DNA of 64,000 bases from an uncultured Chloroflexia bacterium (lineage in GTDB: Bacteria; Chloroflexota; Anaerolineae; JAAYZQ01). Below are positions 1 through 12,896 of the stretch, piece by piece. Numbering within the stretch: the first letter of the stretch is position 1; every line of letters starts with the position of its first letter. Location: contig CAVOXA010000005.1 of NCBI GenBank assembly GCA_963700285.1, forward strand, positions 219,333 to 283,332, given 5' to 3'. The notes beneath the pieces are model-generated. The model did no database searches, was not told where the DNA came from, and was given only the letters and a program-made list of their open reading frames with translations. The position numbers and the translations under genes are program-made.

Positions 1-2083
1 GGGGTCCTTCTCGATGGTGTAGGTGCCCATGCGACCGGCCTCAAAGCGCTCGCCGACCGCTGCCTTCGATGGCGCCGGTGGCCAGCAGGTAGCTGACATA
101 GTAGGTCAGGTAGCCGAGGTCGACAAAGCTCCACAGGGCGAACTCGGCGCACAGCCGTTGAGGGTGTAGGAGACCATCTCGGCGGGCAGGCCCAGACCGC
201 TGACCTTGACCGTCGTCGCACAGAGCCCTCGTCCTGCATGGCCTTGGCCGCGGCGGCGATGCCGACGGTGGTGGGGGCCATGATCAGCTCCATGTCGGGG
301 TACTTGTCGACCAGGGCCAGGGCCTGGTTGTAGCTGTCCTCCGACTGGTCGTTGCCGTAGACGATGTCCAGCAGCTCCAGGTTGGCGTAGGTGTCATCGG
401 TCTCCAGGACCTCTTCCAGGGCGGCGATCCAGGCGTTCTGGTTGGCGGCATCGGGCGAGGCGGAGAGCACGGCGAACTTGCCGCCGTCGTCGCCCAGGAT
501 GCTCAGGGCCATGTCGGCCATGACCGTGCCGGTCTCGTCAAAGTCCACCTGGGCGACAAAGACCTGCTCGCCTTCGGCCGAGGGGATGGGCGAGTCCCAG
601 GTGACGACGGTCATGCCCGCGTCGCGGGCTGCCTGGGCGGCGGGCGCGATCTGGTCTCCGGCGTTGTTGGAGATCATGATGGCGTCCATGGCCCTGGGTG
701 GCGGCGGTGGTGACGATTTCGATCTGGCCGGCCACGCTGTTCTCGGGCGTCGGCCCCAGGAACTGCAGCTCGCCGGGTTCCCCAGCTCGGCGTGGGCTTC
801 CATGGCGCCGTCGTTGGCCTGGTCAAAGACCAGGATGCCCAGGAACTTGGGCAGGAGCACCATGTTGACTTCTTGGCCCGGCCTCGGCCATCACCGGCGC
901 CTTCGCCGGCCTCAGCCTGCGGTCCAGCCTCGGCCTCGACGTTGTCCTCGTCATAGACCTTGAAGGGTCCCATCAGGACGCGCAGACCGGCGTCGCGGGT
1001 GGGGTCCTTCTCGATGGTGTAGGTGCCCATGCGGCCGGCGTTGAAAGCTCTCGCCTTCCTCGCCTTCGATGGCGCCGGTGGCCAGCAGGTAGCTGACATA
1101 GTAGGTCAGGTAGCCGAGGTCGACAAAGCTCCACAGGGCGAACTCGGGCGCGCAGCCGTTGAGGGTGTAGGATACCATCTCGGCCGGCAGGCCCAGACCG
1201 CTGACCTTGACCGTGTCGCACAGCCCCTCGTCCTGCATGGCCTTGGCCGCGGCGGCGATGCCGACGGTGGTGGGGGCCATGATCAGTTCCATGTCGGGGT
1301 ACTTGTCGACCAGGGCCAGGGCCTGGTTGTAGCTGTCCTCCGACTGGTCGTTGCCATAGACGATGTCCAGCAGCTCCAGGCTGGCGTACTTGTCGTCGGT
1401 CTCCAGGACCTCTTCCAGGGCGGCGATCCAGGCGTTCTGGTTGGCGGCATCGGGCGAGGCGGAGAGGACGGCGAACTTGCCGCCGTCGTCGCCCAGGATG
1501 CTCAGGGCCATGTCGGCCATGACCGTGCCGGTCTCGTCAAAGTCCACCTGGGCGACAAAGACCTGCTCGCCCTCGGCCGAGGGGATGGGCGAGTCCCAGG
1601 TGACGACGGTCATGCCGGCGTCGCGGGCAGCCTGGGCGGCGGGCGCGATCTGGTCTCCGGCGTTGTTGGAGATCATGATGGCGTCCATGCCCTGGGTGGC
1701 GGCGGTGGTGACGATCTCGATCTGGCCGGCCACGCTGTTCTCCGGCGTGGGCCCCAGGAACTGCAGTTCGCCTGCGTTCCCCAGCTCGGCGTGGGCTTCC
1801 ATGGCGCCGTCGTTGGCCTGGTCAAAGACCAGGATGCCCAGGAACTTGGGCAGCAGCACCATATTGACCGTCTCGCCTGGGGTGGCATCTACCGGCCCGC
1901 CTTCGGGCTTTGACTCCGGGGCTTCGGTCGGCTTCCTCAGCCGGGGCCTTGGTTGGTTCGGCTGCGGCTGGTTCCGCAGTCGGTTCGGGCGCTGTCGTTG
2001 GCGCAGGCGTGGGCCCACAGGCAGCCATCACCATGGCCACAACCACGAGCAGCGTGATGATACGCCAAGTCTTGTGTCTTCAT
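1..2083 (-). CDS. Sugar (rhamnose RhaS-like) ABC substrate-binding lipoprotein with two tandem near-identical binding domains; frameshifted, runs off the window start
   Basis: Lipobox-like VMAAC plus Pro/Ala/Glu linker, then a periplasmic-binding domain ([11 protein letters not shown]...TWDSP...GLGLP..ALWS). The same domain restarts near 865 after a short linker, and 1-860 matches 1001-1860 closely. Confidence 0.8.
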
Positions 2084-2231
2084 CCTTCTTACCTCCTCTT
2101 TCTTGTCTAGGACTATTTTCGGTCGAGCAAACAGATTCACTTCTTGTACGCGTACAGGTTTCCTGATGGCGCCTCCTTTCTTCATAGTTCCAAGCCAGCG
2201 CGTCCAACGCGAGAGCGCGCTCGCACCAAGG

Positions 2232-3260
2232 TTAGGTCTCTGGGCAGCCGCCTCCTGCGGCTGCGCCATGTGTCGGCGGCGGTTCAGTGCCTCCCGGGCA
2301 GTGCCGACAAGGTTGGGGACCAGCACCGAGAGGATCAGCAGAACGCCGATGACGCCGGTCTGGATGTGGCCGGTGAGGTTGGCCAGCGACATGCCGTTGC
2401 GCAGGTTGAGGACGATCAGGATGGACAGCAGCACGCCACAGATCGAGCCGGAGCCGCCGAAGATGCTGACGCCACCCAGCAGCACCATGGTGATGATGTC
2501 CAGCTCAAAGCCCAGTGGCCAGGTCGCCGCGGACGGCGCCCAGCCGGGCGGCAAAGAGCAGGCCGGCCAGGGCCGCGACGGTGCCCGAGGCGATGAACAG
2601 GATCATCTTGACCCGGCGCACCTTGACGCCCGAATAGCGGGCAACATCCGTGCTGTTGCCGATGACATAGACGTAGCGGCCAAAACCGGAGTATTGCAGG
2701 ATCACGACGGCGACGATGACAAAGCACGAAAAAGAGGATCATGGCCAGCGGGAAGGGACCGATGAGCGGCTGCTGGCCCAGGGCATCGAACCAGTCCGGG
2801 AAATCGCCGATGGAGCGGTCTTCCAGCAGGACGCGGGCCAGACCGCGGTACATGATCAGCGTCGCCAGGGTCACCACCAGGGAGGGCAGGCCGACGACGG
2901 CGATCCAGAAGCCGTTGAAGGCGCCGCCCAGCACGCCGATCGGCCAGGCTCAGCAGAAGGCCCGTCTGAATCGGCACGCCCTGCTCGTGAAACCAGCCCA
3001 GCGCGCAGGCCGACAAGGCCCATCATCGAGGCCACCGACAGGTCGATCTCGGCGTTGATGATGATAAAGGTCATGACCAGGGCGACGATGATCTTCTCAA
3101 TGGACAGCTGGAACAGATTGATCTGGTTGCCGATGCTGAGATAGGCGGGCGCCTGGACGCTGTTGATGGCGATGATGATCAGCAAAAGGACGAGCAGAAA
3201 GCCTTCCCAGCTCTTGAGCCGCTCCCAGAGTCCAGACAGGAATCCTTGATTAGGCGACAT
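2232..3260 (-). CDS. Sugar ABC permease (RhaQ-like), frameshifted; 3' end approximate
   Basis: Fragments [51 protein letters not shown] (BPD_transp_2 motifs). Confidence 0.85.
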
Positions 3261-4316
3261 GGCTGCCTCCTTCCGGAGTCTCGAGTTCACTGCCGTCTGA
3301 TTCATCTGCAGCTCGCTGCGCCGCGCCCAGAGGTTGCGCAACCGGTTCATGATCACCGTGTCGGCGGCGACGGCCAGCAGGATCAGCAGGCCCAGCAGGG
3401 CGTCGCGCCAGAATTCGCTGATCTCCAGCCAGCGGATCAGGCTGTTGTCCAGCAGGTCGATCAGGATAGCGCCCAGCAGGGCGCCGACGGCTGTGCCGAT
3501 CCCGCCAGCATTGCTGACGCCACCGACCACGACGGCGGCCACCGATGCCAGTTCGATGCCCAGCCCGGCCACTACGGTGATGTTGCCAAAGCGGGCCAGG
3601 AACATGAACCCGGCCAGCCCGGCCAGCGCGCCGCAGAGCACAAAGGCGAGGAAGACGATGCGCTGCGAGGGAAAACCGGCGATTGCGGGCGGCATCCGGG
3701 TTGGAGCCGATGGCGTACAGCCGCCGCCCATAGGGCAGGTACTTGAGCATCAGTTGGAACAGCGATCACGACGACGATCATCACGCCGACCATGAGCCGC
3801 AGATCCAGTTCGCCGATGCTAAAGATGTTGGCCCGGGGCAGGTTCGAGCAGCCACTCGGGCAGGTTGGAGGTCAGAACGGTCTGGGCATCCGAAAACTCG
3901 ACCAGGAGCGTGCGGTAGATGGCCAGCGTGCCCAGGGTGACGATGATCGATGGGACCCGGCCATAGGCCACCAGCAGGCCATTGACCGCGCCCATGAGCG
4001 CGCCGATGCCGATGGCCATCAGCACCGCCAGCACCGGGCGCCATGTCGTTGTTGCCGGCCAGTTGCTGGCCCACAAAGTAGGCGGTAAAGCCGACGATGG
4101 AGCCGACGGATAGGTCGATGTTGCGGGTCAGAAAGACCAGCGTCTGGCCCACGGCCACGACGGCGATGATGGCCACGCTGGTGGAAATGCGGTTGAAGAA
4201 GCGGGGGTTGAAATAGTTGTCGATCTGCGTGCCAAAGAAGAGCAGCACGAGGACGATGAGCAGCAGGGTGACCAACTCCCGGATCTGTTCGGGCTGAAAG
4301 CGGCGTCTCAGTGTAC

Positions 4317-4320
<4 letters not shown>
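3250..4320 (-). CDS. Sugar ABC permease (RhaP-like), frameshifted
   Basis: [46 protein letters not shown]. Confidence 0.85.
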
Positions 4321-5850
<1,530 letters not shown>

Positions 5851-5908
5851 CTATCCTGCCTCTGTCATCGCTGGTGGTACAAGCAAACGAGAAACTCCAG
5901 GCTGCTGG

Positions 5909-7616
5909 TCAGGAGCCGCTGCCCGAGTTTGGATAGTACTCGTCTATGTTGTCTTTGGTGATCAAGATGTGCTCGCTGTAGACGGCTGGCGGCACCGGTT
6001 CCCCCCGCAGGATCTTCTGGGCAACGTCAATCAGTCTCTTGCCGTACCGCTCGGGCCAGTAGGCGGCGGAGCCGATGAGGCGCGACCCGGGCTGGCGGAT
6101 CTCTTTGCGCACGATGCGGTCTGCCCCCTGGCCCACGATGACGACATCTGCTTCGCGTCCAGCCTCGCGTGCGGCGCTGATGGCGCCGATGGCGGCGTCG
6201 TCGTTGAAAGAGATCACCGCCAGCCGGTGTTCATTGGGCAGGCGCTGCCAGGGCTTCCCGCATGTTGGCCTGGCTGATCTCGCTGGTGTTGCCGCTGTCC
6301 AGACGGATGATCCTCTTGGCCTGGTACCTCGCCGATGATGCTCCTGCAGGCCGTCAAGCTGGCCCTGGATGCGGGCCGCAGGCAGCGCGCCGGGTCGTGC
6401 GTTCCTCCAGGACGATCAGATGGTCGAAGGTGCCGTCCCAGTGCTCCGACAATCCAGCGCCCCAGGGCCACGCCCGGCCATGTGCCCGGCGCGGTAGTGG
6501 TCCACCCCAAAATAGGTGGCACCGACCATGGGAATGTCCACGGCGATGACGGGGATGTCCGCCTCGGTTGAACTTGTCCATGATCAGGCCGCCCACCTTC
6601 TCGTCGATCTGGTACTCGATGACCAGATCCACGCCCTCGGCGATGAGACGGTCGGCCACGCGCAGGGCGACCTCGCCGCTCAGCTGGTTGTCGGCCAGGA
6701 TGAGGTCGACGTTGCTGACGTCCTGGGCCGCCTGTTCCAGGCCGCGGCGGACGTCGACGGGAAAGGGCATGCTCTCGCCCAGGTTGGCGAAGCCGATCTT
6801 GTAGCGGGGCATTTCTTCGCTGCAGGGTGTGTAGGACGATGTCGTGTTCTCGCCGCATACGGTGAGGATCGCGCAGGTCTGGCGCAGCTCCTCGATGTAG
6901 CGGGGCTCAAGATCGCTGTCGGTGAGGATGTGGGAAACCTGGTCCACGCTGGCAAAGGGTGTCAGGTCCACCTTGCCGAACTTGGTCGAGTCGATGAGGG
7001 CCACCACCCGCTCGGCCGACTCGATCATCCTGCTCTTGAGCTGGGCCTCCTGGATGTCGACCTGGGTCAAGCCGGTCTCGACCGAAAAGCCCGAGCAGGA
7101 GACAAAGGCGGTCTTGATGTGCAGGTTCTCGAGGATCCTCTCGCCCAGGTGCCCGACGATCAGCGCCCGTTCGGGGCGCAGGATGCCGCCGATGAGGATG
7201 ATGGTGTGGCTGGGATTCTGGGACAGGGCAAAGGCGACTTCGATGCCGTTGGTGACGACGGTCAGGTTGGACCGGTCCTGCAAAAAGGAGGCAATGTGAA
7301 AGACGGTGGTACTGGAGTCGAGGAGGACCGAATCGCCGTCTTCGACCATGTCGGCCGCCCAGCGGGCGATGCGCTGCTTGGCCTGGGCGTTTACCTGGGC
7401 ACGGGCCGAAAAGGAGGGACTGATGAAGCGGTGTCCATCCCTCAGCACGGCCCCGCCCCGGACGCGGGTGAGCTGTCCCGCTTTTTCCAGCGCGCGTAGG
7501 TCGTTGCGGATCGTGCCCTCGGAGACGTCCAGGCGTTGGGCCAGTTCGGTGACCTTGATGCCCGACTGGTCCCGCAGGAGCCGCAGTATCTGTTGCCGCC
7601 GTTCAAAGGTGGTCAC
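5909..7616 (-). CDS. DeoR/GlpR-family regulator fused to a C-terminal LacI/periplasmic-type sugar-binding domain; frameshifted
   Basis: DeoR HTH (VSEGTIRNDL..RVRGGA), DeoR sensor (DSSTT, DSTKFG), then in-frame KIGFANL..VRRGLEQAA and distal FNDDAAIGA..IVGQGAD. Confidence 0.85.
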
Positions 7617-7822
7617 AGTTTCGCTCGCCGCTGTGAGGTGGCACTGACGAACCCTACCGCTTCATTGTTGGTTCGTGTCAGAAGAGTATATCATGGCTAG
7701 CGAAACTTGTCAAGCTGGATTTGGATATTGTCGGAAGGTGCGTGATTCGCTGTTGAATTTTGTTGATTGGCGAACATCAGGCCCCCATCTCTTGGGAATG
7801 ACCGCCAGGCGGTTGCCCCGGG

Positions 7823-8666
7823 TTACCCCTCGCGTTTTGAACCAAAATGCGAGGCATAGACCCTGGTCAAGACCGCGCCAAACAAAAAGATCTGGGCCAG
7901 GTAATAGATGGCGATGAGTAGCATCGCCAGTGCGCCGGCCGCCTGAAAGGCGGTCGCTACCCCGCTGTGTTTTAGATAGAAGCCTATCGCCCATCTGCCG
8001 GCCGCAAGGAGCAATGCCGTGACTGCCGCGCCTGCCCAGACGTCGCGCCAGGCGATCTCGCTCATCCGGTACGACCTTGTAGATCAGGACAAGGGCCACG
8101 GTCAGCAACCCTACAAAAGCGACCTGAGTGGCGATGGGCGCGGACCCGGCCCAATCCAACCACGAACCAAAGATAGAAACGAGGACACTGGCAAAGGTTG
8201 CGAGGATGAGTAGGAGGGCAAGACCTAGTACCATCACAAAGGCCAACAGGCGGTTCTTGATAGCAGCAATCGTTCCGGCGTAGGTAGCGGGTGGAACGTC
8301 CCAGATCGTGTTGAGCGCATATTGCAACTGGGAAAACAAGCCCGTAGCCCCGTACAGCAGCGCCCCGGCACTGATCAAACTGGCCAATGGCGAGCCCCCC
8401 GAGGTATTCAGAGCAGCGCCGGCAACCATGTCCTGGATCAGTTGGACCATTTCTGGGCCCAGGTTATCGGCAACCTGGGCCACCAGTCTATCTACGATGG
8501 CTGCTTCATTGATAAAGGTACCCGCCACGGTGATGGCCACATAGAGCATGGGCGCGAGCGAGAACATTGCATAGTAGGCCAGAGCGGCAGCCAATCGAGC
8601 GGGCCTCTTGGCGCTCCAGATCTTGGACAAGTCCGCGACGAAGTCGCGGATTGATTCCAGCTTCAT
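7823..8666 (-). CDS. YihY/virulence factor BrkB family membrane protein, frameshifted
   Basis: AAALAYYAMFSLAP, ALNTIW, WRDVWAGA, YYLAQIFLFGA. Confidence 0.88.
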
Positions 8667-8839
8667 GTCTCCATCACATCCGCATTCTGGCTCACCTTGC
8701 CGGCGCCATAGGCAGCGCCCCCCAACCGCCAGAACGACCATGCGCCTACCATATTCCGCCTCCGTTGTGCGTCTCGTCGGTCCCGCGGCTGCATCTCCGG
8801 CGATGGCCTGGTCTCTGGGAAGTTGTGGTACTCCAATGC

Positions 8840-9622
8840 TCAGGGCGTCTGTGTTGTCATGCTTCGGAGCAGATCCTCCATCGCTGCCTGGCTGACGGTG
8901 AGGATACCCTTTTGGGGCCGGTCGAGATCGACGATGATCATCAAAACCGCGACCAGCGCCAGCCCAAAGAGCAAGATGGCAATGAAATCCCTTTTGCCGT
9001 CTCCACTATTGGAAATACCCACCAGAAGAAAGCTCAGCACCGTTGCTGCATACAGCACCATTCCCAGCAGCCTTGGCAGGCGAAGGTTGGCGGCAAACAG
9101 GCGTTCCGAATGAACATCGATCACTTCATTGATCGAGTCAGCGTACAGAGCCATGATGGCCGAGTCCTGCCCCTGGCTGACATGCTCCTCCACGATGGAC
9201 CACAGTTGGCCGTGGATCTCTTCGGAGCGAATCAAGCCGGACTCCAACTGCGCCTCGTCGGCTGCAGCTGCAAGTCGGACTTGCACATACTCTTGCAAGA
9301 GATTGCGCGACGTGGTCCCATCGGGCTCGCCGAGAAAGTCGGCCCGCAGATAGGCTGTTCCGACCGCGTTGGCCTCGGTGACGACCATGGTCTTGCGCCC
9401 GTTGTGCTGATTGATGACAATGCCGATGGAAAAGGCAAGGAGGAACGCCATCAGACCGAGCAAACCACCGACCACCGTACCCGTCACCGGGCTGCCTTTC
9501 GAGTCGGGATCCCGGCGCTGAAGCCACATGCCGATGCGAAAGCCTATTTCGGCGGCCACAAGAACGATGCCCACTGTAATCAAGTAGACTGCCCAAAGTG
9601 GGAGTTTATCAAGGATAACCAT
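8840..9622 (-). CDS. Membrane protein (DUF4239/bestrophin-like)
   Basis: LLGLMAFLLAFS, EANAVGTAYLRADFL, IVDLDRP..G..VSQ; GGAGGAG RBS before ATG. Confidence 0.75.
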   Translation of the reverse strand: MVILDKLPLWAVYLITVGIVLVAAEIGFRIGMWLQRRDPDSKGSPVTGTVVGGLLGLMAFLLAFSIGIVINQHNGRKTMVVTEANAVGTAYLRADFLGEPDGTTSRNLLQEYVQVRLAAAADEAQLESGLIRSEEIHGQLWSIVEEHVSQGQDSAIMALYADSINEVIDVHSERLFAANLRLPRLLGMVLYAATVLSFLLVGISNSGDGKRDFIAILLFGLALVAVLMIIVDLDRPQKGILTVSQAAMEDLLRSMTTQTP

Positions 9623-10117
9623 GTTCTTACTCCTCCTGACTGATCCAGTTCTTTGTGAGGCCTCGTCCCTCCTATCCAGCGTGCTGGCTGGATGGAAGGC
9701 AGTCCAGCAGTTGCCAACAGGGATCTGCCTGTGCACGTAGTGGCGGCATACCTGCCAGGCCCAACGGGAGCCTCTCCCCACCAGAGTTACCCATTTGCTC
9801 GCAACGGCAGTTGCAAGCCTTTCTCAACTCACCGGGAAGCATTATACCATGGGCTGGGTTTAGGTGCCAGCGGAACATGTTTAACGTCTCCAACGCGAGG
9901 TTTTTTTCGGCGTGAGTGACCGGATCTCACAATAGCGATGCCGCCGGCGACGTGCGGGGGTTCCAGACGATAGCCCAGGGTGACCCGGTATGTCGCGCGG
10001 CTCGAAGGATTCGACATAATCCGGATCGCTGGCAGCCTGGCGGCTGCTGGGTGCTGGGCCCGCCGGCCCCGGTCCGGAGTTCGGTCGGCAGCCAAGTGTT
10101 CGCTTCCTGCCCGCAGT

Positions 10118-11125
10118 TCAGATAAGCGGCTTCCCGGTACCCTTTGACGGTATCCCCAGATGCTGCAACGCGCGCTGGCTGAGCAGAGCCACCTCTTGCT
10201 CAGCATCTCTGCCGGCTAGGGGGATCTGTCCGCCGGCCATTGTACCATGCCCACCAGCGCTGCCCTCTCCCGCCACGATGGCCTGCACCAGTTTCTCGGC
10301 TGTATGCTCCTGGCCTCTGGTGCGCACCGACAGGATCAGAGCCCCTTGGTACACGCCAGCACAGATTACCCACTGGGCATTCTCCAGCCGCAATAGGACG
10401 TCGGCGAGTTCCGCGGCCAGATCAGGATAGCGCAGAATGGCGACGTAGGCAATGATGAGGCCGTCGTACATGCGTGCTGCTCGCAGGGTAGCATCAAAGC
10501 TCCTGAAGTAGCCAACCGGAACCTGGGCGTGTTCGATACTGGCCAGGGCTGTGACGTCAATTCGGGGCTGAAGGTAGGCATAGGCTGCCGCGTCGGCCGG
10601 ACTGGTATTGCGGCTCAGTCCCATTGTGATACTCTTGATGCCGTAAAACAGGGCTGTGGCCAGTGACGTGGGCGGTTCCACACCTGTCGCTTGCAGGTAC
10701 TGGGTGAGGATGCTCGAAGTCGCACCCAGGGCGGGGCGGACGTCGGCAAAGCGGGCTTGCGCTGTCTCTTTGTGCCTGGCATGGTGGTCGATAACGATGA
10801 CAATCCTGGTCCGGGGAGGTAAGGTGAGGTTGCCGGCTCCTGGCTGGGCGTCGACCAGGGCCAGGCTGGGTGATCCTTGCAGGTCCGCCTCAACGAGAGG
10901 CTCAAGTGGATGGTCCAGGTAACGAACTAGTGCCTTGTTCTCGGCCCGGCCGACCATGCCCTGGTAGGCGATGGTACTATCCATCCCCAACTGCTCGGTC
11001 AACAGATGGCGCAGGGCAAAGGCGCTGGCGATAGCATCGGGGTCGGGGTCGTTGTGTGGCAGGATCACGAGCCTGCCTGCTCCCCTGGCGGTCTCGTACA
11101 GTCTCTCCAATACTCCCTGTGTCAT
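10118..11125 (-). CDS. DHH/DHHA1 family phosphoesterase (paralog 1)
   Basis: HNDPDPDA, VDAQP, IDHH, GGHG motifs. Confidence 0.9.
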   Translation of the reverse strand: MTQGVLERLYETARGAGRLVILPHNDPDPDAIASAFALRHLLTEQLGMDSTIAYQGMVGRAENKALVRYLDHPLEPLVEADLQGSPSLALVDAQPGAGNLTLPPRTRIVIVIDHHARHKETAQARFADVRPALGATSSILTQYLQATGVEPPTSLATALFYGIKSITMGLSRNTSPADAAAYAYLQPRIDVTALASIEHAQVPVGYFRSFDATLRAARMYDGLIIAYVAILRYPDLAAELADVLLRLENAQWVICAGVYQGALILSVRTRGQEHTAEKLVQAIVAGEGSAGGHGTMAGGQIPLAGRDAEQEVALLSQRALQHLGIPSKGTGKPLI

Positions 11126-11231
11126 GGGCCCGCGCTCCTGGCATCTCGATTGCTGTCCAGATGTCCCTCTCTGGCTTCAGGGAGCCTTCGACCCGATGGC
11201 AGGCGCCTCTCCCGAAACCGCGTGGGAAGCG

Positions 11232-12257
11232 TCAGATGAGTTGTTCACCCGTCACCTCTGGTGGAACTTGCAGAACGTAGAGCGCTCGCTGCCGGAGCAG
11301 GTGGGCAACCTGCTCCGGATCCCTACCTTTCAGAGGCACCTGTCCGCCAGCGCTCGGTCCATGCCCGCCAGCCGTGCCGTCATTGCCTACGATGGCCTGC
11401 ACAAGTTCCTCGGCCCTGTCGGCAGGGCTTTGCGTTCGCACCGACAGGATCAGGATACCCTGGTATACGCCCATGCAAACTATCCATTGGGACCGCTCCA
11501 AGCGCATCAGAAGGCGAGCCATCTCGGCAGTCAGGTCTGGATAGTCCATTGAACCGATGTAGGCGATTACGACGCCGTCGTAAAGGCGCGCTGCCTGCAG
11601 GGTGGCATCAAAGCTCTTGAAGTAGCCGGCCGGGACCTGCGCGTACTCGATCTCGACCAATGCCTGGGCGTCAGTGCGTGGCTGGAGATAGAAGTAGGCC
11701 GCCGCATCGGCCGGACCTGCGCCACGACTCAGCCCCAGGGTATCGGTCTTGATGCCATAGAAGAGAGCTGTGGCCAGTGCCGGTTCAGGTTCGAGACCGG
11801 CCTCCTGGAGGTATTCGGTGAGGATGGTCGAAGTGGCACCTGCCTCGAGCCGGACATCAACGTAGGCTGCCGAGGCCGTGGGCTCTCGCCAGGTGTGGTG
11901 GTCGATGACGATGGTCACCTCAGATCCGTCCGGCAAGGCATTGTTTCCGGCGCCGGGTTGGGTGTCCACCAGAGCGATGGACACATTGCCGGCCAGGTCG
12001 GCCTCCGTCAGGGGCCGCAGTGGTTGGCCGAGATAGCGCAGCAGTGCCCGGTTCTCTGCCCGGCCGACGATGCCCAGGTAGGCAAGGGTACTCTCAACGT
12101 CCAGAGCCTCCATCAGCAAGTGCCCGAGGGCGACGGCGCTGGCGACGGCATCGGGATCGGGGTTGTTGTGAGGCAGGATCAGCACATGCCGAGCTTTGCC
12201 CACTGCTTTGAAGAGTCGCTCCAGTACTGCCAATCTTACCTCCTCACGGCTTCCCAT
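11232..12257 (-). CDS. DHH/DHHA1 family phosphoesterase (paralog 2)
   Basis: HNNPDPDA, VDTQP, IDHH, GIKTDT, GGHG; likely start MGSREE at 12257. Confidence 0.9.
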   Translation of the reverse strand: MGSREEVRLAVLERLFKAVGKARHVLILPHNNPDPDAVASAVALGHLLMEALDVESTLAYLGIVGRAENRALLRYLGQPLRPLTEADLAGNVSIALVDTQPGAGNNALPDGSEVTIVIDHHTWREPTASAAYVDVRLEAGATSTILTEYLQEAGLEPEPALATALFYGIKTDTLGLSRGAGPADAAAYFYLQPRTDAQALVEIEYAQVPAGYFKSFDATLQAARLYDGVVIAYIGSMDYPDLTAEMARLLMRLERSQWIVCMGVYQGILILSVRTQSPADRAEELVQAIVGNDGTAGGHGPSAGGQVPLKGRDPEQVAHLLRQRALYVLQVPPEVTGEQLI

Positions 12258-12259
12258 TG

Positions 12260-12792
12260 TCAGCCAAGATCTGTGCCAGAAGGAGAACGGGTCTGGTTGA
12301 TCAGGACCCTGATCTCGCCATTGGGCACGATACACAGATCGCCGTTGGCGGCCCGCACGTAGGTCGTGCGCAGGGTGATTTGCTCCACCGTGCCCGACAC
12401 ATTTCCCACCTGGATGGTTTCGCCGAGGGTATACTGGTTTTCGATGATCAGCAACAGGCCGCCGATCAGGTCTTTGATCAGAGTTTGGGCCGCAAGGGAA
12501 ACAGCCAGACCGGCCACGCCGAGGCCGGCCAGAAAGGGTGTAATGTCTATGCCAATGGTGCTCAAGAGCATCAGGATTGCTGCAGTAACCAACGCGATAT
12601 CCAGCACCCAGCGGACGACGAGGACCAGGGTGACCAGTTGCTGTCGTCGAGCCTCTCGGATGTTCTGCACGGACCTTACCCATACTCAGGATGCGTTTCG
12701 CGGCCAGGTGTACGACAACCACGCACAACAGCGTCAATCCCACGATCAGCAAGTCGCTGGATCAGGTCCCTGGTCACTCCTTCGAATGCCAT
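12260..12792 (-). CDS. mscS: Short MscS-family mechanosensitive channel, frameshifted near the 5' end
   Basis: AGLGVAGLAVSLAAQTLIKDLIGG, GTVEQITLRTT, IVPNG; the C-terminal cytoplasmic part appears absent. Confidence 0.75.
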
Positions 12793-12896
12793 ATCATGCC
12801 TCCCAACAGACTGAACTCGGCGCCACCTGCTTGGCTCTGAGGTGCAATCGCACTTGGCCTGGACAGGACCAGGATGCGTTGCATCCGGTCAATTCC

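Noticed and set aside
11232-12752. Membrane-anchored 506-aa DHH protein
   Set aside because: The N-terminal extension is out-of-frame mscS sequence; the DHH gene probably starts at 12257
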